Shown: positions 46,097-55,058 of the stretch, piece by piece
Numbering within the stretch: position 1 is the first letter of the stretch
Layout of the letters: the number at the start of each line of letters is the position of its first letter
Source: an uncultured Candidatus Saccharibacteria bacterium
GTDB lineage: Bacteria > Patescibacteriota > Dojkabacteria > JAHIVN01
NCBI GenBank assembly: GCA_964572065.1
Contig: CAZNER010000001.1
Location: forward strand, 504 to 64,503
DNA: 64,000 nt
Reading direction: 5' to 3'
Notes under the pieces: model-generated
What the model was told of the DNA's origin: nothing
What the model saw: the letters and a program-made list of their open reading frames with translations, nothing else
The model's database searches: none
Program-made: the position numbers and the translations under genes

Positions 46097-47793
46097 ATAA
46101 TATCTCTAATTGTAACTTCTTCTATTTCAGTATCGACTTTACCTTCATTAAACAAATCATTTATATCTTTCTTTTTCGTTAAAACTTCTAATACGTTCTC
46201 TTCTATCGTATTTTCTGTTATAAAATTAATTATAAAAACGGTATCGTGTAACGCCCCGGATCTTCTAATTCTACCCATCCTTTGGCGCATAGAAAAAGAA
46301 CTAAATAAAATATCGAAATTTACTAGATATTTACAAAATTGTAGATCTTGACCTTCTTTTAAAATATCACTAGTAATTAAAACTTTAGTATCTTTTGAAT
46401 TTCTAAATTTTTCTATTACCTCGAATCTGTCATCGATTTTAGTAGTAGCGCCCGATAACATTATATTTTTATAACCAGTAATAGAAAGTCTGTCTGATAA
46501 AAGCCTTACCATATCTGTAAAATAAGTAAAAACTACAATCTTATCATCAGAATCAGAAAGTAATTCTAAAAAAGAAAGTAATTCTTCTGTTTTAGAAGAA
46601 TAATCTAAAGCTGGATCCAATAACTGAGTAGAAAGACAGGCTTGTCTTAATTTTACAATCATTGGCAAATCTTCTAAATCTTCAAGGGGTTTCCTGTATT
46701 CGTTAGAAAATTCTTCTAAAGCTCCCTTTTTTAAATCTTTATATAATTTTTGTTGTCTTTTGTTTAAAGAAATATAGTAAGTCTTAACTACTACTTTCGG
46801 TAACTCTGCTTCTACTTCAAAAGCCTGCCTTCTTAAAAAATAGGGAGATATCAACTCTCTAAACTTATCTAAATTTCTATAACCTTTAATCTCTCCAAAC
46901 CAATCTTTAATAACAAAATTTAAACAAAAATCTTTAAAGAAACCAAAAATTCTCCAATCAATGAGTTTAAATAAACTAAATATTTGCTCTAACTTGCCAT
47001 CTGTTGGTGTAGCTGTTAAAGCAGATACATATAAAGCTTTAGTTGCAAGAGACCTAACTTTTTTGCTGCGTTCTACCATAAAATTAACTATATACTGAGC
47101 TTCATCCACAATTAACAAACTATTGTACAAATTCGGCTTAAGATATTTACATATTAATTTCCAATCTCTTACTAACAAATCATAATTTATAATTTTATAA
47201 GTTAAATTTTGTTTATAAAAATCTTCTCTTATTTTCTTACCACTACCAGAATGTATAAAATCTACAGTACTATTTGTAAATCTTTTTATTTCTTTAAACC
47301 ATTTTTTCTTTAAAGAAGCAGGACATATTACTATAACTTTTTTGATATGGGCGTTTTCTAATAATTTCTGTGCTGCAGCAATACTTTCAATAGTTTTTCC
47401 TAAACCTACATCATCTAATAATAATGCTTTTTTTCTATAAGTTAAAAATTTAGCCCCCACTTTCTGGAAGGAATATAAAGTACCTCTAAAGCTACCGCAA
47501 ACAAATTCTGTATCTTCTGCTTTTTTTAATACAGTTGTCGCAATAGAAACTTGTTGTTCTTGTTGCAATAATAGTTTTAAAGTCTCAGAAACATTAATTT
47601 GTTCATTTGGGAAAGTAGTTTGTAACCAAGATAAAACTTTTGGATAAAAAGAAAAAAGGCCTGTTAATGTTTTATTTTTTTCATCAAAAACAAGACCTGG
47701 GAATTTAGATAATTGATATAAAATATTATGAAAATAAAGACTGTAAATTATAATTTTAAAAGAAAAAGAATCAAATTTAGTAAAATAAATCAT
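46093..47793 (-). CDS. SNF2-family helicase/ATPase
   Basis: Motif I DDVGLGKT, motif II LIVDEAQ, motif III TATP, motif VI QRMGRIRR. Confidence 0.85.
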   Translation of the reverse strand: MIYFTKFDSFSFKIIIYSLYFHNILYQLSKFPGLVFDEKNKTLTGLFSFYPKVLSWLQTTFPNEQINVSETLKLLLQQEQQVSIATTVLKKAEDTEFVCGSFRGTLYSFQKVGAKFLTYRKKALLLDDVGLGKTIESIAAAQKLLENAHIKKVIVICPASLKKKWFKEIKRFTNSTVDFIHSGSGKKIREDFYKQNLTYKIINYDLLVRDWKLICKYLKPNLYNSLLIVDEAQYIVNFMVERSKKVRSLATKALYVSALTATPTDGKLEQIFSLFKLIDWRIFGFFKDFCLNFVIKDWFGEIKGYRNLDKFRELISPYFLRRQAFEVEAELPKVVVKTYYISLNKRQQKLYKDLKKGALEEFSNEYRKPLEDLEDLPMIVKLRQACLSTQLLDPALDYSSKTEELLSFLELLSDSDDKIVVFTYFTDMVRLLSDRLSITGYKNIMLSGATTKIDDRFEVIEKFRNSKDTKVLITSDILKEGQDLQFCKYLVNFDILFSSFSMRQRMGRIRRSGALHDTVFIINFITENTIEENVLEVLTKKKDINDLFNEGKVDTEIEEVTIRDII

Positions 47794-48572
47794 AAAAGCT
47801 TACGTACTTGTTTTTGTACTTTTTTTAACGCTTGATTTTTTATTAGTCGAATACGTTCTGATGTGAGTTTATAATCTTTTCCTAATTCTGCGAGCTTTTT
47901 TCTGGCTTCTCCAAACACGCCATAATACTGAGTCAAGACAGTACGTTCAATATTCGACAATTTGTCAATAGCCTCTTTTACTTTTAATACAAATTTTTTA
48001 TGATCTATTTGCTCTTCTATATTAATTTTTGAATCTTCACATAAATTTATAATTTCTTCAAGGGACGTAAAATTATTATCTAAATCTAGTAATTTTTTTG
48101 CGTAAATGGGATCTATACTTAGATCCTTTATTATATCATTAAAAGAAATACTTCGTTGGTGCTCTTGTTCTAATTTCTTTTCTGTTTGCTTTAATTCCCT
48201 CAATCGTTGAACTCCGGCAAAAGAAAATCTAATCAATCGACTGCGTTCTGTAATATATCTACACATAGCTGCATGAATACAAACCCGGGCGAAGTGTTTA
48301 AATGGTGCCCTATTCTTTCGTTTTAAATCAAATTTGTTAATGGCTTCAAACACCCCCTGATTACCACTAGCAATAAGATCAAGTAACGATACTTTTGTTT
48401 TCATTTCTGTAGCTATGCGTACCACCATTTTTAAATAAGAACACACAATAGCATTACGAGATTTAACATCTCCATTCTTTGCCTTCTCTATATGTATTAA
48501 AATATCCTGTTCTTTAAGAATAGGATACTTCTTTATATCTTTAAAATATGCTTTAAGTAATTGATTATCCAT
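47790..48572 (-). CDS. sigma-70 family RNA polymerase sigma factor
   Basis: Region 1.2/2-like YFKDIKKYPILKEQDIL...VVRIA, and region 4 ERTVLTQYYG...LAELGKDYKLTSERIRLIKNQALKKV. Confidence 0.82.
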   Translation of the reverse strand: MDNQLLKAYFKDIKKYPILKEQDILIHIEKAKNGDVKSRNAIVCSYLKMVVRIATEMKTKVSLLDLIASGNQGVFEAINKFDLKRKNRAPFKHFARVCIHAAMCRYITERSRLIRFSFAGVQRLRELKQTEKKLEQEHQRSISFNDIIKDLSIDPIYAKKLLDLDNNFTSLEEIINLCEDSKINIEEQIDHKKFVLKVKEAIDKLSNIERTVLTQYYGVFGEARKKLAELGKDYKLTSERIRLIKNQALKKVQKQVRKLL

Positions 48573-48579
48573 AATTAAA

Positions 48580-49455
48580 TTACGACCAAGAAAACCATCC
48601 GGGCAAAACTACTTTACTTAAGTTTTTATTTTTTTGTTTTTTAAAAGGACGCCAAGGTCCGTAAACCCCCACTTTAGTAGCAGCAGTTAAACAAGCGGCC
48701 CACCACGCAAAAGTACCATGTTGAAATAAAATATTATCAAAAGATCTAATAAAATTAAAATCGGCATCTAAAGCCCGGCCACACCTTACGATCGGATCTA
48801 ATTTTTTAAATCCCGTCACTAAAGAATTCATATAATCCACAGCTAATTGTAAATTATCAATTTTTACAGTTTCTGGTATAGAAGTATGAAATCGCATTCT
48901 TTTTAATTGCGATAAAGTTATTTTATCCCAATAAGGCATATCTGTAACAATATATAATTTTTTAAAAGTAAAATAAGATATGGCTTTTAAATACATCATT
49001 ATATCTACTTTATATTCTTCTTGATAATTATAACGGTGTAATAACCTATCTCCTAATCTCAAATGAAAAACTAAATCCTTCTTATTAGTAATAGGTATTG
49101 GTACGAACCATTTTTTAATAATAGACAAATACGGTTTAAACAACCTAAAATCTTCAAAATAACCTTCTACACGAAAAAAACAATTATCATATTTTTGCTT
49201 AAAAAAAGATACGGGACAATTATTATCAGAAATTGTAATTTTTTTATCATAAACTTTAGAAGAAGATTGTTGTATAATTTGCACCCCATCTACAAAAAGT
49301 TTATTTAAATATTTAAGACCATAATACCCAGGATAAGGCAATTTCACATATAAAGGGCAATTATAAAAAAAAGCTAATAATTTACCATAAATATACTGAA
49401 ATAAATTGTTACCAAAACCGTTAGTTAAACAAACTAATACTATATTTTTACTCAT
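48580..49455 (-). CDS. GT11-like glycosyltransferase (alpha-1,2-fucosyltransferase family)
   Basis: N-terminal NGFGNNLFQY, HLRLGD, and the C-terminal GTFAWWAA motif characteristic of GT11. Confidence 0.72.
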   Translation of the reverse strand: MSKNIVLVCLTNGFGNNLFQYIYGKLLAFFYNCPLYVKLPYPGYYGLKYLNKLFVDGVQIIQQSSSKVYDKKITISDNNCPVSFFKQKYDNCFFRVEGYFEDFRLFKPYLSIIKKWFVPIPITNKKDLVFHLRLGDRLLHRYNYQEEYKVDIMMYLKAISYFTFKKLYIVTDMPYWDKITLSQLKRMRFHTSIPETVKIDNLQLAVDYMNSLVTGFKKLDPIVRCGRALDADFNFIRSFDNILFQHGTFAWWAACLTAATKVGVYGPWRPFKKQKNKNLSKVVLPGWFSWS

Positions 49456-50134
49456 ATTTTTTATTTTTAAAAAGTAAATTTCCTTGGGGTGTTTTATCTG
49501 AATACTTTGAAATCAATCCAAAATTTAATTTTTGTAAAAGTATTATTGTTTGCTTTCTATTAAGACCCCCTTCATAAGTTGTTTCCCCATATTCAGTCCA
49601 TAAATATTTTATATTATCTTTATACTTTCCAAAACCTTCAATTACTTCTTTTTCCGCTCCTTGTACATCAATCCATATAAGATCAACAGCTAATATTTGT
49701 TGTTCTGTTAACCAAGTATCTAATCGTTTTGTTTTAACATAAATTTTTGGGGCGTCTTTTACAAAAATATGTCCTTGTTTTAAAGAAGAAGCGCCAGAAC
49801 GATTTAAACGCCATTTTATATAATCTGTTCTCTTAATCCAAGCATATTTTTTAAATAAAAATTCCTTCACTTTACTTTCATAACTTTGATAAAAAGGCAA
49901 AACAGAAAAATCTTGATTAAATAAAGCATACTCAAATAAATGTAATCGAGTATCTTTTATATAATTTTTTATAACTGTTATATTTCGAGGATCGGGTTCA
50001 AAACAATACAATTTTAAATCTTTGAAGGTATTCAAAAATTTAATAGAATCTTCCCCATAATGGGCCCCAACTTCTATTATAATTGGATTTTCCTTTTGTA
50101 ATAACTGTTTAAAAATATTATGTATATTTGACAT
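49448..50134 (-). CDS. FkbM-family SAM-dependent methyltransferase
   Basis: IIIEVGAHYGEDS and LYCFEPDPRN. Confidence 0.7.
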   Translation of the reverse strand: MSNIHNIFKQLLQKENPIIIEVGAHYGEDSIKFLNTFKDLKLYCFEPDPRNITVIKNYIKDTRLHLFEYALFNQDFSVLPFYQSYESKVKEFLFKKYAWIKRTDYIKWRLNRSGASSLKQGHIFVKDAPKIYVKTKRLDTWLTEQQILAVDLIWIDVQGAEKEVIEGFGKYKDNIKYLWTEYGETTYEGGLNRKQTIILLQKLNFGLISKYSDKTPQGNLLFKNKKYE

Positions 50135-50136
50135 AG

Positions 50137-51099
50137 TTACTTCTTATGCGCATAGTATTCTTTTATATAAGCTAATACTTGTTTTGCCCTATTTCTCCAA
50201 GTATGTTCTTGTATGGCTGTTTTATAAGCAGTCTCTATTATAGCGTTTCTTTGTTGTTCATGCTCTAAATAATAATAAAATTTATCAAATAAATTCTTTA
50301 AATTATTTTTAAAAACCACACAATTAACTCCATCTTTAAAAATATCTTTATAAGTATCTGGTATTTCAGAACAAAAAAGTAAGGTTTTAGATAACCAAGC
50401 CTCAAAGTATCTTGGAGGCATATCTCCATAAGCTGAAGGTATAGACAACCACATTTTCGACTTACACATAATCTGTGCGTATTCTTTATAATTAGTAATA
50501 CGACAAGAAACAGAATCACTACCTCGTAAAAAACATTTTATATCTTCCCGTTTAGAGAAAGCCTCTTGCACTTTAATCCTCAAATTCTCTGTACTAAACG
50601 CTCCTTTCGGATAATACTTACTGTGATGTAATGCTCCCGAAAAACCAATATCATAAAAACGTTTATAGCCATAATCTTTAAAAATTGATGGATCAGCAGC
50701 ATGGCACAACCTTCTAGTTTTAATTTTCGTATTTTTTTCGTACTTTTTATACTCAGCAGCAGCGCATAAAATTAAATCGACATTATTTCTTTTACAAAAA
50801 AACAATTTCTTTTGTAAATAGTTTTGGGGTTTAAATAAATTATAAATAACCAACTGCCTCGCTTGGTTTAGCCCTTTAATACTAGAAAAAGAACGATCTT
50901 TGTTAGACCAACCTAAACCGAAAAATATAGTTTTCGGAGAAAAAGGGCAAATCCTTAATATTTCTAATATATTTTTTGGGGTTTTGTTATATAAATAACA
51001 AGGAGTTAATTTTTTCAATTCTTTATATAAACTTTTGTAAATAGGATAAGTATCTGCATAACTAGTATTTACTATAGGATCTATAAAAAGTATAGACAT
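50137..51099 (-). CDS. CgeB-like GT-B glycosyltransferase
   Basis: C-terminal PPRYFEAWLSKTLLFC...FKDGVNCVVF...YYYLEHEQQRNAI...HTWRNR resembles the CgeB/Glyco_trans_1_2 C-terminal domain. Confidence 0.55.
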   Translation of the reverse strand: MSILFIDPIVNTSYADTYPIYKSLYKELKKLTPCYLYNKTPKNILEILRICPFSPKTIFFGLGWSNKDRSFSSIKGLNQARQLVIYNLFKPQNYLQKKLFFCKRNNVDLILCAAAEYKKYEKNTKIKTRRLCHAADPSIFKDYGYKRFYDIGFSGALHHSKYYPKGAFSTENLRIKVQEAFSKREDIKCFLRGSDSVSCRITNYKEYAQIMCKSKMWLSIPSAYGDMPPRYFEAWLSKTLLFCSEIPDTYKDIFKDGVNCVVFKNNLKNLFDKFYYYLEHEQQRNAIIETAYKTAIQEHTWRNRAKQVLAYIKEYYAHKK

Positions 51100-51128
51100 A
51101 AATAAAAACCTTTCATAATTTATAAAAA

Positions 51129-51773
51129 CTAATTCAATAATGGAAAATATTTTTCATCTAAAAAAATTAAATTCCCAGTATCTACTAATAATATATAATT
51201 TTTACTTTCTCCTAAATCTTTCATGGACCAAAAAGAAGTAGAACCATCAATATCTTTTTTATGTATAGCTCCTTCTCTTTGTATAATCCAATCATCTATA
51301 CCGCTATGTTCTATTATCACAATTTTAGGTCTATAATTTGTTAAAGATTTCCAAATATGATAATCTGGACCATCAACATCAATACTTAATATATCAAAAT
51401 CTTTAATTATGGGAGTATTAGAAAGAATATTATCTAATAAAGTTCCTTTACCTGGAAGATAATGTACTATTTTGTTTCTTAAAATAACATTTTTTGGGTA
51501 TTTTAATTTCTTTATTGTCTTTTGCAATTGTCTAAATTTAATAATATCTGCTTCTATTAATACCCCTTTCCAATTTTTATTTTCTATTAAATTAAAAGTA
51601 TTACTAAAACGTTTTCCATCCCAAGCCCCAAACTCACAACACCAACCTTGATGTATATTAAGTTTATCAATTAAATAAGCTAAAATGCCATCTTCCCCGT
51701 GTTGACTATAAATACTTCGCCTTTTGCAAAGTAAGGAACTTGCATAATTTTTGGGTTGTTTTATATATTTCAT
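51129..51773 (-). CDS. FkbM-like methyltransferase (SQHGEDG subtype)
   Basis: YSQHGEDGILAYL...CCEFGAWDGKRFSNT...GVLIEAD. Paralog of 55715..56560. Confidence 0.55.
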   Translation of the reverse strand: MKYIKQPKNYASSLLCKRRSIYSQHGEDGILAYLIDKLNIHQGWCCEFGAWDGKRFSNTFNLIENKNWKGVLIEADIIKFRQLQKTIKKLKYPKNVILRNKIVHYLPGKGTLLDNILSNTPIIKDFDILSIDVDGPDYHIWKSLTNYRPKIVIIEHSGIDDWIIQREGAIHKKDIDGSTSFWSMKDLGESKNYILLVDTGNLIFLDEKYFPLLN

Positions 51774-51781
51774 ATTTACTT

Positions 51782-52492
51782 TTATTTTCTAAAATGTATT
51801 ATAGGATTTAATTTATCCGCCTTTTTAACTACATCTTTAGATATAAGTTTATAATTATATTTATTCAACAATTTACAAAACTTTTCAATCCCGTAAAAAT
51901 ACCAACGCCCATTATTCGGTGGACCATCATAATCTTTTATAAAAGTTTCTAAATTTTTGAAACCTGCTTGAAGCATTAATTTTTGTTTACCTTTTATATC
52001 ATAATATTTATCTGCATCTGCTATCATAATAAAACAGTTAGCTCCGAATTTTAATTTGTTATACAAATTTTTCAAATAAGCTTCCGCTCCGGAATAAGAA
52101 ATATGACAAAAAACATCATAAGAAAAGATATAATCTATAGTATTGTCTTTAAATACCGAACAACTAAAATCAGATACAGTAAAATATTTAATATATTCTC
52201 TTTTAGGAATACGCTTCCAAAAACCTGTATGTATAGGATCTGAAATATCAATACAAAACAACTGTCCAGCATTAAGCATTTTCTGTGTCCAAAAACCCCC
52301 ATCTGCTCCTATTTCTAAAATAGTAGTTTTTGGAGTAATATAAGGAATAATACAAATACTAACTATCTGTTCTAAATCTTGGAATTTAGATAAACGACAA
52401 GCTTTCTTCCAACCGAGTTGTGCTCGGGAAGTACCATTTTTCCAAAAAACTTTTAAACTTTTTATTTCTTTTTTAAGCTTATTAATAATCAT
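51782..52492 (-). CDS. class I SAM-dependent methyltransferase
   Basis: Motif I ILEIGADGGFWT. Confidence 0.55.
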   Translation of the reverse strand: MIINKLKKEIKSLKVFWKNGTSRAQLGWKKACRLSKFQDLEQIVSICIIPYITPKTTILEIGADGGFWTQKMLNAGQLFCIDISDPIHTGFWKRIPKREYIKYFTVSDFSCSVFKDNTIDYIFSYDVFCHISYSGAEAYLKNLYNKLKFGANCFIMIADADKYYDIKGKQKLMLQAGFKNLETFIKDYDGPPNNGRWYFYGIEKFCKLLNKYNYKLISKDVVKKADKLNPIIHFRK

Positions 52493-52537
52493 TTTATAAT
52501 TCTTAATATGATATACTGTGTTTATTTGTTTATATAC

Positions 52538-52565
52538 AATATATAATCAATTCCTTAAAAGCCGA
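52538..52565 (-). promoter_or_regulatory. sigma70-type promoter (TCGGCT-16 nt-TATATT) inside the glycan block
   Basis: Minus strand reads TCGGCTTTTAAGGAATTGATTATATATT. Same GGCTTTT...TATATT architecture as 19085..19113 and 41935..41963. Confidence 0.4.
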
Positions 52566-52655
52566 CTCATGGGTACTACAATTATCCTCAAAGCTTTTTC
52601 CTTTTGTTCTAAACGTTTTAATAAATTATCTTATAAAAATAAATAATCAGAATAT

Positions 52656-53303
52656 TTATTCGTAATCTTTCAAAGTAAAAGCAAAATAATCAATTTCTTT
52701 TTTAAACTTCTTATATACTAAAGCGGCCGTTTCTTTATTATAATATTCAACAAAAGACTTACTATGGTTATAAGATCCTACATTTAATTTTAAATTTTTA
52801 TTGTATTTTTTAATATTCAAACGATTTAAAATAATTGCTAAATCTTTATTAAAATTTTCATAACGACCTATAAAATCAAAAATGGGCTTGTTTTTAATTA
52901 CAGTAAGATAGTATTGGTCAATCCAAAAATCATAAATATCTTTATTGGGTATTACAATGTTTTTAATAAAATTTTCAAAAGAAGTACCTGGGCGTTTATC
53001 ATAATGCCAATTAGATACTAAAAGATCATATTTATTTCTAATAAAAGTAAATTTAAAATAAGCATCCCATTCTTTTACTATGTTTTTAAAATACTCAAGT
53101 TTATTATTATAAGACAGTTTTTTGTTTGTTAATACTCTCTCATCTATTCCATTATTTCTTAAAATCTGGGTGATTGTGCTTCCTCCAGTTTTAGCTATGT
53201 GAAAGTATAAAATTTTCTTTTCTTGATTAAGTACGAATGGTGTCAATAAAGTTTGTCCTTTGCCGTCCATTCTAGCAAATTTAGTTAAAATATTAGAATA
53301 CAC
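52656..53303 (-). CDS. sulfotransferase (carbohydrate sulfotransferase-like family)
   Basis: 5'-PSB-like FHIAKTGGSTI and 3'-PB-like FIRNKYDLLVSNW. Confidence 0.6.
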   Translation of the reverse strand: MYSNILTKFARMDGKGQTLLTPFVLNQEKKILYFHIAKTGGSTITQILRNNGIDERVLTNKKLSYNNKLEYFKNIVKEWDAYFKFTFIRNKYDLLVSNWHYDKRPGTSFENFIKNIVIPNKDIYDFWIDQYYLTVIKNKPIFDFIGRYENFNKDLAIILNRLNIKKYNKNLKLNVGSYNHSKSFVEYYNKETAALVYKKFKKEIDYFAFTLKDYE

Positions 53304-53315
53304 AAATAACTCCTA

Positions 53316-54017
53316 TTAAAAAATTTTTTGTATATAAAAAGCTGGTATGTTGTTTTGTTTTAATAGCAATTCCTTATAATTATTATTCAATAAATCTACT
53401 ATATTTTTAGGATAAACTTTATAATCTGCTTTACTACAAACAAATGTTTTTTGTAATTGTAAAGCAAAAACTTCTGGCAATTCAAGAAACGCCGCCAATT
53501 CTTTTGTATTTTTTTGCAAAAACTCATATTTTAAAAACAGCAATTTAGGATGTTTAAATTTTAACCAAGATAGAAAAAATCCTGTAAAATCTAAAAAATC
53601 TGGATAATCTTCCAAAAAAGTTTTTAACGATATATCTTGTAAAGTTAATTTTTTAGATATACCAAAAGGTATACTTAATTGCACAAATCGTCTAGTACTA
53701 AAAAAATAATCGTCCCCTAATTTCCGAAAACGATCACACCGCCTTATATGCGACAATAAAGCGTTTCTTGGATCTCTATAAACAAAAATTATCTTATCCA
53801 ATGTTTTATAATTTATATTTGGTTTAGTATGATGTATATAGGAATGTATATTACTAGGAAATTTAACAGATAAATATTTATTAATAAAAGAGTTTAAAAA
53901 TTTAAACCCAGAACCCCCATAACTAAATAATTTAACTCCAGTAAATAACTCTTTATTATTCTTAATTATTTTAGGTAACTTATATACCCGAAACATATCT
54001 TTATCTAAACCTTTCAT
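53316..54017 (-). CDS. sulfotransferase-like protein (paralog A)
   Basis: SYGGSGFKF (P-loop-like PAPS 5'-phosphate site) and VYRDPRNALLSHIRR (3'-PB-like). Paralog of 55059..55664. Confidence 0.45.
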   Translation of the reverse strand: MKGLDKDMFRVYKLPKIIKNNKELFTGVKLFSYGGSGFKFLNSFINKYLSVKFPSNIHSYIHHTKPNINYKTLDKIIFVYRDPRNALLSHIRRCDRFRKLGDDYFFSTRRFVQLSIPFGISKKLTLQDISLKTFLEDYPDFLDFTGFFLSWLKFKHPKLLFLKYEFLQKNTKELAAFLELPEVFALQLQKTFVCSKADYKVYPKNIVDLLNNNYKELLLKQNNIPAFYIQKIF

Positions 54018-54043
54018 AAATTATTTCCTATATCTAAAATAAA

Positions 54044-54940
54044 TTATTTTTTATTGTCTTTAATGCTCGGAGCTATGTCGTGTAAATGCCTATATAATCC
54101 TTGATTATGATAACCTTTTTCTACAACCTTTAAATTATAAATAGGTTTATTGTCGTATATTAAATAGAACAAGCTATATAATTCATTATCCCCCCATCTA
54201 TATTTATAAATACCTCCAGCACTATTTATAGCCGCTACCCACTTCTTCCATAAAATAGAACGAAACATAGAAGTCTTCATTATATAAGAATCTGCCCAAG
54301 GCAAAAAATGAAAATTTTCTTCTGCTTTGTTATCTTCTAACAGATTTTGTAATAATCTGGACTTAGGCGTTATATTATTTACAAGCAAAAAATTCTTTGT
54401 AAATTGCCATAAATTAATTCTGGTATCTAAATGTCCTTGATGTGGTTTTCCGTTTTTAAGTCTTTGACCCACTATTAAAGCTCCCATACTTTCAGTTCTT
54501 TTACTCATAAACTCAAATGGATCATAAGGCAATTCTTTAATATAACCAGATTCATCATCATAAAAAGCTATATAATCGTAATTTTTAAATTCTGTATTTG
54601 GATAATTATAACAATTAACTATAAAATGACACATATGTAAATAACCTTTTCGAGCAATAGAAAAAGCTTTTTTAACATACCAAAGATTCGTACGATTATA
54701 AAATAATTCTTTTTTTGATATGTGTTTTGGAGTATTGTAATCTATTCTTCGGAAATAAATATTTTTCGAGATCGTATCCCAAACCCTTTTTCTAAAATCT
54801 ACATCTTCGTAAACAGTATCAAAGTAATATACATAAACAGGATAATTATGTTTATAATTATAATAAGTAAATAAAGATTGTAAAAACCTCGGCAAACATT
54901 TTTTTCGAGAAGAAAGTAAATTTATACAAGCTTTTAACAT
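54044..54940 (-). CDS. GT15-like (Kre2/Mnt1-type alpha-1,2-mannosyltransferase family) glycosyltransferase
   Basis: ACINLLSSRK...YPVYVYYFD...F and GYLHMCHF...YDYIAFYDDESGYIKELPYDPFEFM parallel the fungal Kre2/Mnt1 conserved blocks (YRHMCR, YDxF.FM), by eye. Confidence 0.55.
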   Translation of the reverse strand: MLKACINLLSSRKKCLPRFLQSLFTYYNYKHNYPVYVYYFDTVYEDVDFRKRVWDTISKNIYFRRIDYNTPKHISKKELFYNRTNLWYVKKAFSIARKGYLHMCHFIVNCYNYPNTEFKNYDYIAFYDDESGYIKELPYDPFEFMSKRTESMGALIVGQRLKNGKPHQGHLDTRINLWQFTKNFLLVNNITPKSRLLQNLLEDNKAEENFHFLPWADSYIMKTSMFRSILWKKWVAAINSAGGIYKYRWGDNELYSLFYLIYDNKPIYNLKVVEKGYHNQGLYRHLHDIAPSIKDNKK

Positions 54941-55004
54941 TTCTTTAAATCCTCTTTGTAAAGATTTTTTATAGTTTAAATAAGTTTATTATATTTCTCT
55001 TTAA
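54894..55004. repeat. direct repeat copy A (about 110 bp)
   Basis: Nearly identical over the first ~75 nt to 55676..55783 (one T-tract length difference, one G/A change), then about 80-90% identical. Contains the real start of 54044..54940 plus a decayed copy of the 3' end of 55715..56560. Confidence 0.85.
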
Positions 55005-55058
55005 AACCTTAAACTTGTAATTATTAATAAACAATCAAATACCCATAATTATAAATTA

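Noticed and set aside
48573-48579. The possibility that the glycan block is host chromosomal DNA (an O-antigen or capsule locus) adjoining a prophage end, or an assembly chimera.
   Set aside because: Tentatively rejected. Only 7 nt separate it from the sigma gene. It has the same strand, composition and SD style. It contains the same GGCTTTT...TATATT promoter type and GTATAT motif as the phage core. No att-like repeat or integrase is present. This still needs read-level confirmation.
50298-50519. Nested same-strand ORFs 50298..50519, 61102..61305 and 30815..30997.
   Set aside because: They are out-of-frame ORFs entirely inside well-supported genes (the CgeB-like GT, a GT2 and the SSB), with no independent signals.
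52566-52655. Short open frame (DNLLKRLEQKEKALRIIVVPMSRLLRN) in the 160-nt gap inside the glycan block.
   Set aside because: It has no usable start codon and only 27 codons. It is probably a decayed gene fragment or a chance ORF next to the promoter.
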